DNA of 64,000 nucleotides from Amoebidium appalachense. Lineage: Eukaryota > Protista > Ichthyosporea. A model generated the notes under the pieces. The model was not told the DNA's origin. It was given only the letters and a program-made list of their open reading frames with translations, and ran no database searches. This document shows, one piece after another, positions 1 through 14,261 of this stretch. Both the position numbers and the translations under genes were made by a program. The stretch lies in the NCBI GenBank assembly GCA_963693365.1, contig CAVNZM010000009.1:3164231-3228230 (forward strand), read 5' to 3'. Position 1 is the stretch's first letter. Each line of letters starts with the position of its first letter.

Positions 1-353
1 AGTTAATCAGGTGCGCATCACAGCAATCACATAGCCAAATCAAATCGTTGAGATCTGACCCGACCCGTAAACCTAAGGGAAACCCCCCTAACACCCTAAT
101 CCGGCCTAGTTTCCCCTCCTCTATCCTGGCATACCGCATGTGCTTCATATGAATGGAAACATGGCTTTGTCTTCTTCTACTGTCTCGTTTCCATCATTTT
201 TACGTTCCCCCACTGTTCCCTTTTGTCCCTCCTTAGCTCTGTATGTGTGGGTGTCTGGACGTGTGTGTGTGTGTGCGTACGTGCGTGCCTGTGTGTGCGT
301 GTGTGCGTGTGTGCGTGTGTGCGTGTGTGCGTGTGTGCGTGTGTGCGTGCCGT

Positions 354-418
<65 letters not shown>

Positions 419-998
419 AGAAAAAAATCCTCATTCTCCCTGCCCCTTCTTTGACGGTTAACTAACGGAAGGGAAAGACCGGATAGGAAAACAATAAAGT
501 AAAGGGTAGTCGGTGGTATTTCCAACCATCATGATTCATATATACACATTTTTTAAGTGTGTGCCTCTGCATCTGCCTGCCTGCCTGCTCATCCCTCCCG
601 TCTCCCCGTCCCCCCCCTCCCGCTCCCCGTCCCCCCCTCCCGCTCCCCCTCTCCCTCTCCCTCTCCCCTCCCCCTCCCCCCTCCCTTCCCTCCCCCCTCC
701 CTTCCCTCCCCCCTCCCATATTCTATCAATACAGGAAAAAAAGGAAGGCAAGCCGAAGGGAACGAAAACAAAAGGAAGGAGTAATACAAATTGGAGGTGT
801 AACCAATCTTCTTGTTTCGAATTCACAGAATGATGAGAAGTTCACATCAGCCCTAACCGACACCATAGCCAAGATTGTGTCTCCGTTGTTGGATTCACAA
901 CACCCAAAGGCAGACACGCCAAAAATAGAACCAGGTACATAACCCCCCCCCCCCCCTTCCCCTCCCTCGCCCTTTCCTCTTCAATATGCACACATGGG

Positions 999-1064
<66 letters not shown>

Positions 1065-1180
1065 CACGCGCACGCACACGTGTTTTTTCTCTGTTTGTTG
1101 TCTTCTTTTGTTCTTTTTTTTCCGGTCTTCTTTCTCGTTCTTTAAGCTCTCCCCCCCCCCCCCCCCCTTTTTTTGGGGTG

Positions 1181-1250
<70 letters not shown>

Positions 1251-1701
1251 ATGCTTGTGAACGTGTCTGGACATGTGCTTTCGTTTTTTTTTGTTTTTTT
1301 TTCGTTGGGGGGGGGGGGGGGGGGGGGGGGTTGTGTGTGTGTGGGGGGGGGGGGGGGAGGGGGGAAAGAGAGTAGTTAGCTGACCCTGTTACCCTGTGCA
1401 GAATGGGATCAACCACACACTGACAGCTTAGATGACGGTAAGTCGCCCCCCCCCCCCTCCCCCCCCCCCCCCCCCCCTCTCCCCCCGTTTATGTCTCTAC
1501 CACTACCACTTAGTCCTAATGCAAAGAAAACAACACAAATGCATCAGTTTGTCTTTGTGCGGCAGAAGGTGTCCCGGGGTGGGGGAGGGGGGAGGGGATC
1601 ACGCCAACGTCTAGAGGCCAACTTTTAGAGACATTCTATTATGACGAACTGTTCGGTAACTTGTGTGCGCGCATCCACATGTATATGAACACACACACAC
1701 A

Positions 1702-1760
<59 letters not shown>

Positions 1761-1946
1761 GCCTTCGTAACCTCTATTTCATTTCACCCAATTCACCTTT
1801 TCCTTGCACAGGGGGAATACTCCTACTGCGCAATTCTGTCAGCTGTTTGGAGGCGAGAGATGCAGACCCGCCGGTAGCCCCAACAAAGCAACCCACAGAA
1901 TACACAGAGGGGTAGGTGCCTGTGGCCGTATATACGTGTGTGTGGT

Positions 1947-1988
<42 letters not shown>

Positions 1989-2040
1989 GGGGGGTGTTGG
2001 TGGGTGGGGGGTGGTGTGTGTATGTTTTTGTTTTTTGTTT

Positions 2041-2071
<31 letters not shown>

Positions 2072-2642
2072 GGTATGGGCGGGCCAGGCGGGCATGCGTG
2101 TGTGTGTGTGTGTGTGTGCTTGCATGTGTGTGCGTGTGTGTGCGTGTGGGTTGTGCGCATGCACGCTCTTGTATGTGTGTGTGTGCTGTGTGCGTGTATG
2201 TGCTTGACATTTATTCACACACTGCGCCATAAGCTACACACCAGTACCAGAAGCGAAACCGCACTAACAATCGACCACAAATTTTCACGCAATTTCCCCA
2301 GAAATCATGCTGACCTGTATTCTGATTGGTGCAGTGAGCTTGATGATCGACACATGCGATTGGTTGAGGCAGCGGTTCCTGGGCCACAGATAGTTGCCGA
2401 GGCCAATGAAAATGCACAGAGAGCCCTGCAGAGGTTTATGAACCCACCACAGCCGGTATGCCTGCCCTCCCCCCCCCCCCCCCTCCCCCTCCCCCCCGGC
2501 TCTCCCGCCCCCGCCCTTTTCCTCCCCTACCCTTTGCCCCATCCCTCCCCACCCTCTCTCCCTCTCTCTCGGCCCCCCCCCCCCCCCCCCCTCTCTCTCT
2601 CTCTCTCTCCCCCCCCCCCCCCCCCCCCCCCTGACGCATTGT

Positions 2643-2683
<41 letters not shown>

Positions 2684-2972
2684 CACGCGATTCAAACTGG
2701 ACATAATGGATGTAGCGGCAGGTTTTTATATCTATATGCTTTTTTTCGCTTTCGACTCAGAATATCACACACCTGTGCTATCCATTCGCCATCTCTTTCA
2801 TATGCATTGATAGCAGAATATCACACCATACACTATCCACACTCATCATTTCTTTTCGCTGCAGGTGCCGCCACCCACCCACGCACGGACCAAATATTTC
2901 GGCCTGAAACATCCATTGGTGGCTGTGGCTAAAGATATAGCCGCCACATCTGCACAGGCAAAAGTGCAATAA
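1..2972 (+). CDS. CUSTOS (C12orf43)-like protein, 5'-partial; exons <1-10, 735-934, 1402-1437, 1812-1911, 2302-2455, 2865-2972
   Basis: GT-AG introns with consistent phases give one open frame (...RKKRKASRRERKQKE...FTSALTDTIAKIVSPLLDS...DDGGILLLRNSV...ELDDRHMRLVEAAVPGPQIVAEANENAQRALQRF...AKVQ*). The motif order recalls CUSTOS (AKKL..LLD / DDGFRLF / R..EAAVS...I). The family call is from remembered motifs, not a search. Confidence 0.6.
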
Positions 2973-3561
2973 CAGAGAATAATTTTTTTTTTTTGGTCCC
3001 CTCGGGTTGGTGGTAAAAATACGTGTATGTTTTCTGTTTGCAGTAAGATAATACGTATATGTTGTAGGCAATAAAGCAAAAATATGTATACGTATACGTT
3101 GCAGCTGTTTGGAGCAAATATATGTATATGTACATGGTGTAGTTCTGCCGTATTGTTTATCACCGAAAAGTCCCAATGGGCTCCCTGCATCGCCCGCTCA
3201 CTCAGCTCCTCATCAGCCCAATGAATATTCCCCTCCCCCCTCCCCCCCCCCCCCCCTCACCTCCCAATGGTCGCCCGACCAGACAAATGCACAGACACGT
3301 GCAAGTACACGCGCCTAACAAAAACTCGCGTGCGCGCGCGCGCACACACACACACACACAGTGCACACAAACACACACACTCAATCTTCCGCTTTTTTTT
3401 TCTTTTTTTTTTTTTTTTCACGCACACACACAAACAATCTTCCACTTTTTTTTTACTTTTTTTTTTTTGGGCTGTCTCTTGGGTTTCCTTCGGTCATCTG
3501 TGCATGCCGCATAGCTGAATTGTTGTAACCTAAAACGAGGTGTATATGTGTACGTGTAATA

Positions 3562-3603
<42 letters not shown>

Positions 3604-4702
3604 GGTTACTTAGTGATAGGGCAGGAAAGGTTACGTTCCTGCAACTCCTTTCACTTTGTGAAGTTACGATGTCTAGAAAGGTCATACATACCCAATCCTC
3701 AAGTCTGTATATGGGAACGTAAAGTTATAGATGTAGCAGGGTGCCTGTGTACGCACTGCTTGATTGAGTAATGAAGAAAAGACTGCCTGGTGCAGAATCA
3801 TTGCATGCATAAACTGGTGTGAAAGGTGATCTCGTACCATGATTAACTGACAAACTGACAACCTACATACACACGTACAAGAGGTGTGTTCATGCGCTCG
3901 TTTGAGTTTTGGCATGCTGCTCCTGCCCCCCCCCCCCCCCCCCCCCCCCCCGGGTGATCGCGCGCATCTGCCGCCCTCGAGATCTCTCCATCTTGCACAC
4001 TGTGATGTTTATATGTTGCATATCGATCTCGTATGGTTAAAGATAGTATACGCTTTTTACTTTGTCCTTCATGCTGAGAGTCGAGAAAACACAATTCTCT
4101 CCTTGCACATAGGCATGTGTACACCGCATTCACAAATCTGCCATTAGAGCAACCACTGATGTGCACAGAACCAACTTCTTACTGTACAAAAGCTATGCCT
4201 ACAAAACAGGCCTGGTCATGGTACAGTACCCGTGTGTGTACATGTGGGCTGAATGTTCGTACACGTGTGTGTGCGCGCGCGCACGCGTACGACGTGTGTG
4301 TGAATGTGGGTGGGTGGGTTGGTTTTTTTTCTCTTCCCTCCTTGTGTGTGTGCGTGCATGTGGGTGTTAGGGTTGAGGAAGAGGAGGAGGGGTCGGGGGT
4401 GAGGGGAGGTGGAGGAGTGGTAGAATAGTGTGTGCTATTTGCGTACAGCCAGCGTTTGACGTTGGGGTTAGCCGTCTGCAACTATGCATACGTGAGTGCA
4501 CTGCACCCACTATCCAGTTTTTCTTGCTAAGTGGTCGTTCCGTTGTGATAATACCAGACTATCACGGATCTGCGAAGAGAATGGCATTTTAACTTCTCAA
4601 ATTACGGTGTTTCGACTACGTTTTACAGAAAATAGGCCTTACGGTGTTTCGACTACGTTTTACACTGAAAATAGGCCAACATATCTCAAACTGATGTGAC
4701 TA

Positions 4703-4764
<62 letters not shown>

Positions 4765-4931
4765 TGGGTTTCAGGTTTGCCGGACCCAGTCAGAGCTCCT
4801 AGACTAAGTATAAAATATATATATATATTGAGATAAAGGAATTTATGTGTCCAACTCAAAACAAACTCCGAGAGATACAAATTGCGATGGCGACTTTCCG
4901 GCTCACAAGTGAATATTAAGACGAGATAAAT

Positions 4932-5337
4932 TTACAGAATTCGGGAGCAGATATCCAGCTCAGTCTCGAAATCGCCACGGCCAACTTCCGGTGCGTGGCC
5001 AGCCATCAGGTCTGTGCTCTGGCCCTCAGCAAAGATGACGTAGGCTGTACCGTCGGTCTGTGAATTTCGAATATATCCAAGTCAGAATATATCCCTCGTT
5101 GAAATAATCCATGATGGGACAATCAATATATCCCGGTCAGAGGTTATCTCACATTGTCAATGGTAGTTGCTCGAAATAAACATGGTGATATCGATGCTTG
5201 AATATATCCCGGTCAGAGCCTATCAACTTCAGCAAGCCTTTGCAAACCCTCCAACTAAAAACCCTCCAACTAACTTCCTTATCTCATATGGCAGCAATAG
5301 GCTAACCGACTGCATAGCCCACTTATCCCCCCCCCCC

Positions 5338-5368
<31 letters not shown>

Positions 5369-5635
5369 ACACGCCCAGGGGTTCATAATTCATAAAGAAA
5401 AACATACAAACCACACACAAAGACAATGCACGATAATTATGAAAAGGGAGGTTTAATGTGTTATGCAATATGTATGTGTTATGCAATATGAAGTACACAC
5501 TCATAATGAACAACACCATGCAGAGCGCAAGAGTGCCCATTTCAGGGGGCCCCCAAGTCATCTACAGTAACGGCGTTTCGTTCGACCCATCCACCGCTTG
5601 ATAAGCGGCGGCGGCGGCTTTGCACCTGGGAGGAA

Positions 5636-5682
<47 letters not shown>

Positions 5683-6002
5683 GGGGGCAGGGGGCAGGGC
5701 ACGTACGACGAGATAGTCCTTTGCAGCGTTGGCATCGAGTTTGCGGGAGAAAGAGAGAACGGTGGTGTTGGAGACGAGGGCTGCACTGCCTGACTGCAGC
5801 AGCGTGTTGTTGCCCTGTTAAAGAAAGAAACACATGTTAGATGATGGCTTGTTAAAGAAAGAGGTGTTAGATGATGGCTTTGTTTGTGTGTTATGTGTTA
5901 GCTATATGGTCTGTTCTAGCCGGGTGGGACAATGAGTGAATCCAATCGGGCCAACCCCACACATTTTTTTAGGGGGATATGGTGGGCATGATTGTGAGGA
6001 TA

Positions 6003-6033
<31 letters not shown>

Positions 6034-6627
6034 TGTGTATGCACGCGCGCGCGCTTGTATCTGTGTATGTATGTGTATGTGTATGTGTGTTGGGGGTGAG
6101 GGGTGGGGGGCGGGGGGAGGGTGAGGAAGGGAGAAGCTAGGTGGGTGCCCAGGAAGGGGGGGGGGGGGGGGGGTCTCAAAAGGTGAGATTTGGAAACACA
6201 CACCTTCAGTTTCAGCTCACTGAAAGAAACGATGGTATATTCGGCCACCTTCCCAGTGCTCAGGTTGCCGATAAATGCCGTGGCTGGGAACATCTGGTCC
6301 TCGGTGTCGGTGAAGCCAACGGCAAACCTGTGATTTTTAACCAATGGGATTAGTTTTTGAAGGCGTGGGCCTAGGAAACAGGGAGGGAGGGGAAGGGAAG
6401 GGGGAGGAGGGGTGTGTGTGTGTGTGTGTGTTGGGGGGGGAGAGAGAGAGAGAGAGAGGGAAGGAGATGGTGGAAGGTATATGGGGTTGTAGACGGTTAC
6501 CGAAACATAGGGGTAGGAGGGAGGGAGATAGTCGGGCTCGACCATGGTGGTGGTGGTGGTGGTGTTACCTTCTTTCTCTCTTTCTTTCTTACTTTTTCAT
6601 TTTAATTTATTTTTATTTCTTTTTTTT

Positions 6628-6689
<62 letters not shown>

Positions 6690-7451
6690 GTAGAGGGTGG
6701 AGAGATAGGTGAAGGAGGGGATACGCGGGTAGCTCACCATCCCACAGCCTTGTGGTCAAGGACGGCAGTCGTATTGACGACGTCATTCACAATGGTCCAG
6801 TTCACCTTCAGGCCACGAACAGCAATCTCGCTGCTCACAACACCATTCTCCTTTGCGCACGTGTGGCGCGAAACCTTGGGCCCACCGGGAATTCGGGTCA
6901 GGTTGACTTCGGGCCGGGTCAGGCTGCACAGGTTCAGCTGGGTGGTCAGATCCCCCTCGCCAATTTCGGGAAGGTGTCCACGGGAAAATTCGGTGAAGTT
7001 GCTGCCGGCCCAGATACCGTACACGAGACCGGTGGCCTGTGGGTGGTTAGATAGTTGAATATCTCAAACCAGATATATCTCAAACAGCGAGTTTTCATCC
7101 CCAAACATCAAACCTGGAACCGGTCTTACATCCCTAACCTGGAACCGGTCTTACATCCCTAACGGAGAAACTTGAATACGTGGAAGAATGTTTCAAATTT
7201 GGGCCCGCTCTACCAGGGATGGCGTGTGTGCCGTGTGTGTATGTATGTGCGTGTGCGTGTGTGTGTATGTATGTATGTGTGTGTGTTTGCAAGTGTGCGT
7301 GTGTACCACGGGAGGGGAAGGAAGGGGGGTTCTTACGTTGAAGAAGTCACCGGAGCCGGTAGCAAACTTGCGCACAAAGGAGATGGATGTAGTGTTGGCA
7401 GTCCGAATAGCCTTACCACTGATCAGGAGTGACTGGTTGGCCTGCGCGGGG

Positions 7452-7489
<38 letters not shown>

Positions 7490-8866
7490 CTGTTAGAGCT
7501 GGGTAAATGGGTACTGGGACCGGGGGGGGGGGGGGGGGGGGGGGGATTATTTATAACGAGGGTACTGGAGCTGGGGGGGAGGCATGGGAAGGGTGAAGGT
7601 TGCGTATCGGGGGGCATGGAGAAGGAAGGACAAGGGGAGAGGGGAAGGGGGGGGGGGGGGGGGGGGGGGAGGGGGAGGGGGGAGAGGGGTAGATAGGGGG
7701 ACTAAGAGAGCTTCCATTGAGAGATAGATGGAGCAACCTGGGGAGAGATTGGGAGAGGTCATCGGCAGGTGGTGGGGAGGTGGGGATAGAGGGAGAAGGG
7801 GCCAGGGGGGGGAGGGGAGGGGGGGGAGAGAGAGAGATAGAACAGAAGAGAGAAGGAAAGAGGGAGGGGGGGAGTGGGGGGGGGGGGGGGGGGGGTAGAG
7901 CGAGCGACAGATTGTATTTCTTTTGCTAAACATGCACACACCTTCTTAGTAACGAGACTTGCCGTCTCCCCGCCCAGTGAGAATTCCTCCACAGTGCCAG
8001 TGCTCAGGTTGCCGATAATTGCCGACGCTGGGAACATGCGCTCCTCGCCACTGGTGAACCCGGCGGCAAACCTGGAAAATAGAGGGGGGAGGAAGGAAAA
8101 GGGAGGAGAAGGGGGAAGAGGAGAAGAGAAGAAGAGGAGAGAGGGAGCGGAGAGAGGGAGAAAGGAGGAAGGAGGGAGGGGGGAGGGAGGAAGGAGGGAG
8201 GGGGTGGGGAGAAGAGGTGGGGGAAGAGTGTGAGATGGAGATATAGAAGCACTCACTGGCATTCTTCCATGCCTGCCCCTTTCCCCCTCTGTCCTCTCCC
8301 CCCCCCCCCCCCTCCGCCAACACACACATCACTTGCACGTGTGCAAAATTTCACTCCTGCAACGCCACCACGTGCACACCCACCCACACCTACACGCATG
8401 TGCGTGCACACACACACATGCAAACACGAACACCTCCCTCCCCCCCCCCCCCCCCCCTCCCCCCCCCATCCCCTCCCTCCCCATTCCCCTCCCTCCACAC
8501 GGCCTCACACACACACACACTCACCAACTAGTAAATACGCCGTTGTACGTCACATTCATATACAGAGTCCCGTTGGTGATATGCCAAGTCCACGTTCCGG
8601 CCTCCGTCGTTACTTTGCTCACATCCGTTCCATTCTCCACAGAGCAAGCATGACTGATAACGTTGGGCATACCAGGTGCATTCGTCAGTTTGACCGGTGC
8701 GCGATAAAGTGTGCATTGATTGAATTTTGTGTCGACAGTGGGCGTTGGTGAGGAGAGTGACCCCGGAGGGGGCGGTATTGCTGATGGAGGAGTAGACGAG
8801 CGTTGTGTCCTTACCGATCTGTGTTTTTGTATTGTGTTGGAGATAAGGAATTGATTTTTTATTGCA

Positions 8867-8897
<31 letters not shown>

Positions 8898-9481
8898 CGC
8901 GTGTGTGCTGATAAAGAATGGTGGCGTTGGGGTTGGGGGGTTGGGAGGGGAAAGGATATGAAGGGATTGGTAAGCACATACGTGGCAAAAGTATCAAGGA
9001 GGGTAAGAGAAAGGGCTGTGAGGTGGGTTACCAGAATTTTCGTATATTTCGGCTAAGGCTGAGCTCGGAAGAAGCATACACATTGAAAGATCAACACACA
9101 TGCTGTATATATGTTGTTAACTCAATAAACAATGATAGACAATCAATGGCTCAGAAAAAAATTCGTTATAACTCGCGCGCGCTGTGTGTGTGTGTGTGTT
9201 TGTGTGTAAAAGGGGAAAAAAGGAGGGACGGAGGGGGCGGGGGTTTACCTTTGCCGCTTGGAGGATCAAGTGAAGGGTGGTGGTGCCATTCGCAGACTTG
9301 ATTGTTGCATTGACAACGGTGGACTGGTTTGAACCCTGCATGCAAAAAGGTTGGGTTTAGAAGAAGCCGTGTCATAGAGCACCTACAATATTCTCCCCCA
9401 CCCCGGGGCCCACCCCCACCCCCCCCGTGAGACATAATTCTTGCTCTCTGTCTCTCTCTCTGTCCCCCCCCCTCCCCCCCT

Positions 9482-9512
<31 letters not shown>

Positions 9513-10953
9513 CCTCTCCGATCTGATGTGTGAGGGCGTCAGATGCTCTCAAAACCTCAATGAGACCGATGTTCTCCAAATCTTTGTGTCCCTCGAATTG
9601 AGCCAGAGTGCCCTCTCCCCTTTTGTTCCTGGTGGACATTGCCGTGTGCACGCGCGTGCCCCCCCCCCTTTTTTTTGAAGGGGGAGGGGGGGGGGGGGGG
9701 TATGGGGGGAGGTTTCTGGCACCTTCTCCAGTGGGCTGACGGTGCCGTTGGCCAGGCGGTATTCCTGGACGGTGGCATTGATGACGTCACCAACCACAAC
9801 TTGGCCCAGCAGGCTCAGGGGGTTGATGGTGTTGCCACTTGCTACACCCACTGCCGTCCTAAAAAGGGAAAGAGATGGGGGGAAAAAGGGGGTGTGTGTG
9901 TGTCGGGGCGAGGGGAAGGGGGGGGGGGGGGGGGGGGGAGGGGGATGAGGGGGAAGGGGGGGAAGATGAGACATCAGAAAATAGGGAGTAAAACAGGCAT
10001 TTAATGTGCGTCGGGAAAAAACATTTATGTCCACCACAGCCTATCATAGTTAATTCCCCGGGTTACGAATCATTACGTCCTTCGACCCCGTTCGTCGATC
10101 CTTCTCTCCCCCCCCCCCCCCCCCCCCTCCAACAAAAAAAGGGGTACCTTGTGTCATTTTCTCTTCTCATTGCCATCGGCACGAGCCGATTATCCCTAAC
10201 AGTATGCACTCACACGTACATCCGTTCTTCATAAAAACCCACACAACACCCCAATCACAACAAGTGTACAAATACAACTTACGTTTTCAAGCCGGAAGAG
10301 TTGAAGCTGGCGTTAAGGTGCACTTGTGTGCCCTCAATCCTCCACGAGAAGGTGACCCCCTTAACCGTTGTGATGGAGGAGGTGACCACCCCATCCTGAT
10401 TGGTGCACGTGTGCTTGGTGATGTCACCAGATGGCGGGATTGAGATCGATTGGTTGAGGAGTGGTGACGCGGTGGTGTTGGTGTTTTTTGATTGGCTGGT
10501 AACCAGAGGAGGGAAACGTGGCATGGATTCTGACTCAACCGCAAGCGTGACGCCTGCGAGCGACAGTGCGCAAAGTAGGAACCTGTGTGTGTGGTGAATG
10601 TGAGTGGGCTGGTATGGTCCCAGAAAAAAATGGTTGAGATAACGTAACTACGTAGTAGGCTCCTGGGGCCTGGTGCCCACCAGAAGAAAGCAGCATGAAA
10701 ATGTTTATATGATATCGTGCTCAGCAGCCTGTTATAATCGTGATAACAACGATGGATAAGCGAACTAAAAATGGAGTGAATGTGCATACAAAGAGCAAGG
10801 CACCTTGCCTGAGTCTTCAGATGGTAGATAGAAAGGAGGGGACCCATTAATACGATTTTCTGCATCTCGTAAAATGAATCCAGTAAAGAAAACGGAGCCG
10901 TAGGCGAGCACTACATGCTGCTCCACGACCCATGCATACCTTTGTGGCAGCAT
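4932..10953 (-). CDS. Secreted triple-DOMON-domain protein, copy A, frameshifted in exon 5; exons 10953-10940, 10582-10283, 9858-9723, 9335-9249, 8818-8525, 8071-7942, 7441-7337, 7036-6738, 6327-6204, 5814-5707, 5057-4932
   Basis: Signal peptide MLPQRFLLCALSLAGVTLA. DOMON motifs WFAAGFTSGEERMFPASAIIG, WFAVGFTDTEDQMFPATAFIG, ISFVRKF, IWAGS..RGH and VIFAEG..AGH. GT-AG introns at the same positions as the paralog. A 2-nt deficit at about 8737 relative to copy B. Confidence 0.8.
5440..5600 (-). repeat. Diverged copy of dispersed intronic repeat (family of 37020-37170)
   Basis: Minus strand GAAAC..GTTACTGTAGATGACTTGGGGGCCCCCTGAAATGGG matches GAAACTCGGGTACTGTGGATGACGTGGGGCCCCCCTGAGGATGGG at about 37030-37074. 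Confidence 0.55.
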
Positions 10954-12459
10954 GGCGACGTTTATAGGGCGTTTCCGTTGAAGTGTTCGATGAGTCGGAG
11001 TTCAAGTTGTTGACACAGGTCGTTGGGGTTAATCTGTCCGTTGACGTAGCCTATTCTTCTCGAGGGATGAGATGGACTGTTGAGTATAATAAACGTAACT
11101 CGAATACACAAGACAATTGTGCCTGCACGCGTGTGTAAGCAGCACTGAAAGTGTTCGTGCCGATTTACCTATATATAGCCTCATGTGATCACGGAAGGGG
11201 AAATCTTACGGGGTTTCCCCCGTCCGCCCCTTCAACCGTTCGCCGACCAAACCGACACCGGCTGCCCGCCTCCCCAATCGGCATCGAGGTATTTGGCGCA
11301 CGTGAGTGAGTCAAACATGTGGTCGGGTCATGAAGTTCAGTGTGCGTTGCAAAAACCTTCGGGAACTCGGTAGGATATTTATTTTGCTATGTTTTTTCTG
11401 ATAAATCTGCTCAATAACTGATGAAAAAGGTGTTTCACGTTTCGACAACGGGTTTTTCTTTCCTCTTTTGTGCACACAGCGCAACTCAGCTAGCGTGGTC
11501 GTAAAAGTGAATCTGGTTGGCCTCGAGTTTGTTGACACTTTACAGTGCGAAGGCTGATTGCTATTGGATGCTTTCTATTAATGCTAGAATCCTCCTAGAC
11601 CTTTTTCAATCATGGCTCACCGACTCCTAGCGCTAGCAGCCTCAGGCCTAATTTGTCCATGAGTCAGTCCATTTGTATTACTTTTTATAGTCAAATACTC
11701 GAGGCGCAGTTAAAAAGCAAAAAAGATATTCATAATCAAATTATAATAAGTTTATAAATAATATTTCATTTGGATTTGAATTCTGAGTAGTTGCTTTTTA
11801 TCAAATAAGTGCAATCATTCATGATCCTGAAACAGGGCATGCATGATCATCATGATGCATGAAGGGCAATACAACGGTACCCCCCTTTTGTTTGTGGTGT
11901 TGAATTTTTTTTTTATGTGACAACCGGAAAAGATTCTAATGAAACCTGGATAAAAACTTAGATTATTAAAGGAGTGAGAGTTTTAGATTGGGGTTTTATA
12001 TGCGTATTTGTGGTGGCATTAAGCGCTTTTAAGGGTTTGGCTTGAGCTGTTGCATAAATCCGTATGGAATAACGCGCCGAAAGTATGAGTTTAGAGGGAT
12101 AGTGTTCGTTCATTATTACGTAACCACTCTCATTATGGATTGGTAGTTATATTTAATTTCATTTCTGGCTGTTGCAACCAATTGGAATCCAACCAGTTGT
12201 CGACGGGGTTTCCCCGATCGAAGCAATAGTCCGCACAGCTTGCTCTTCTTTTTTTTTTTATAGGCCATATGCATAGCTCTCTCGAGTTTTTCACCGTGCG
12301 CACAACTGAGTGCGCACATGGCGGCATCATGCGGCAGTCGCCGCTTCTACTGTCACTGAGTCTAGAATTCGAATCATGGCATATGTATAGCCTATATATG
12401 GGTGTGCAATGCACACTGTGCATCAGAGCATATTGGTCGCATCTGAGAATGCGGCACTT

Positions 12460-13334
12460 CGATACGTATACATTGTCGGAATACGGGTTGCCCTTACTAG
12501 CTATGGCACCCCCTGATACTGTTACTAATGTCCTCAAATCATTAGATGATTTCCATTACACAACTTGTTGTATGTTTCTCACTGGTCTTTCCACACCTAT
12601 CCCTAGACGCCTTTTTGATTCTCTCTACGCACTCACACCACCATCACAACGCGTACACGAATTAGCCCTTAAATTTCACGAGCACATCACCCGCCTGTCC
12701 GCTTGTGCCCCGGACCACCCGCTCTTCCGGCTACACGCATCCCCGCCGGATTCGCCCCTCTACCTCTTCCCTTCCCCATCGTCTCTGCCCATTGCCGAGC
12801 GCTATGTGGAATGGCTGGCGACCCCCCCGGAGGTACGGCTAGATCATAGTGTGAATATGAATAGTTTCAAGTCTATGGTTGATAGATATCTTTTTACTCT
12901 ACGTGTTGAGTCCCTTCCGGTGTTAGGACCGCAAAAACACCAACTACTAGTAGCCTATATGGCGGATACGGTTAGAGAGTCTCGTTCATACATAGATTCC
13001 TTTATTCGTAATGTGGTGTGGTGTAAAAACGCAAAGATGATTATGGCTTGGCGGTGTAATCGGTTTCTGGTGTCTCCTGCTCGTATGTGTAATATGTGTG
13101 GGGGGGCGGTTTACTCGCGGCTGCATATCTATCAATAAATGCAACCTGTTAGCTAATGTATTAGAACCGGAGGTTATTGGCGGTTTTATTCTCTTTTCTT
13201 CCTCTCTTCCTCAATATATCCGTTTTAAGATGACTATCCTAGATCACCTTATTAATGCTGCACAGTATGATATTGTGATCCGGTGCCTTAACTTTCTGTC
13301 GGAGCTACCGATGCTAGCATCTGCTTACCCATAA
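12460..13334 (+). mobile_element. 3' fragment of a non-LTR retrotransposon ORF (post-RT/C-terminal region), same family as 24572-26288
   Basis: Aligns by eye to the C-terminal half of the RT ORF at 24732: EYGLPLLA; LALKFHEHITRL..PDHPLF vs LALKFNKHISRL..PSHPLF; WRCN vs WRSN; ILDHLIN..YD..IRCL vs ILDFILN..YD..IRCI. One frameshift at the G-run near 13100. No YADD core. Confidence 0.75.
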
Positions 13335-13967
13335 TATGTAATAGGGGTGTCAAATACTACGATGGCGCTCATTGTTGCCTAGCATGTACATATGTCACTG
13401 GCTGCATTTGATTGGCTGTGCTGGAAAACGCAGTAGGCCGTCGAATGTGGCTGGGCCTCCGGCAATGTCCACGCAATAAAAAGTGTGTAAACCCACGTAT
13501 ACATACCGTAAATACTGATAATCCGATGCATGTGTGCGCACGCGTCGAGGCTCTCTCGATTGTGTGGGGGTAAGGTAAGATACTGTAATTAGGGCAGCGG
13601 AGAAGCGGTGTGTGTGTAACTAGTTTATCAGTATAGACATGAATAATTGTGCATGTGTAACTGTATTGCGAATTCAACCAGTGATCCGTTTAATGTGCGC
13701 CTGCAGCTGAGTGCAACACCTCGGACATATGCATTATTCCTATTTCCAATCGGATCATGTGATCAGTAACGGCATCGGACATTTTTTTTGTGCGTGTGTG
13801 CAGGTGTGGGCGTACAAGTGCATGCATGTGCGTGGGGGTTGTAAGGGGAGGGGGAGGGAGAGAGAGAGCCTGAGAGGGGGGAGGCCTAACTAAGGGGGGG
13901 GGGGGGGGGGGGTTGGATCTAGAGAGAGAAAGAGAGAGAAAAAGAGAGAGAGGGGGGGGGAGGGGGG

Positions 13968-14134
<167 letters not shown>

Positions 14135-14183
14135 GAGAGAGAGAGAGGGAGAGAGACAGAGAAAGACAGAGAGAGTCTGAGAC

Positions 14184-14261
<78 letters not shown>

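Noticed and set aside
3660-4230. Exon-like unique segments between the CUSTOS-like gene and DOMON copy A
   Set aside because: No coherent reading frame or family motif.
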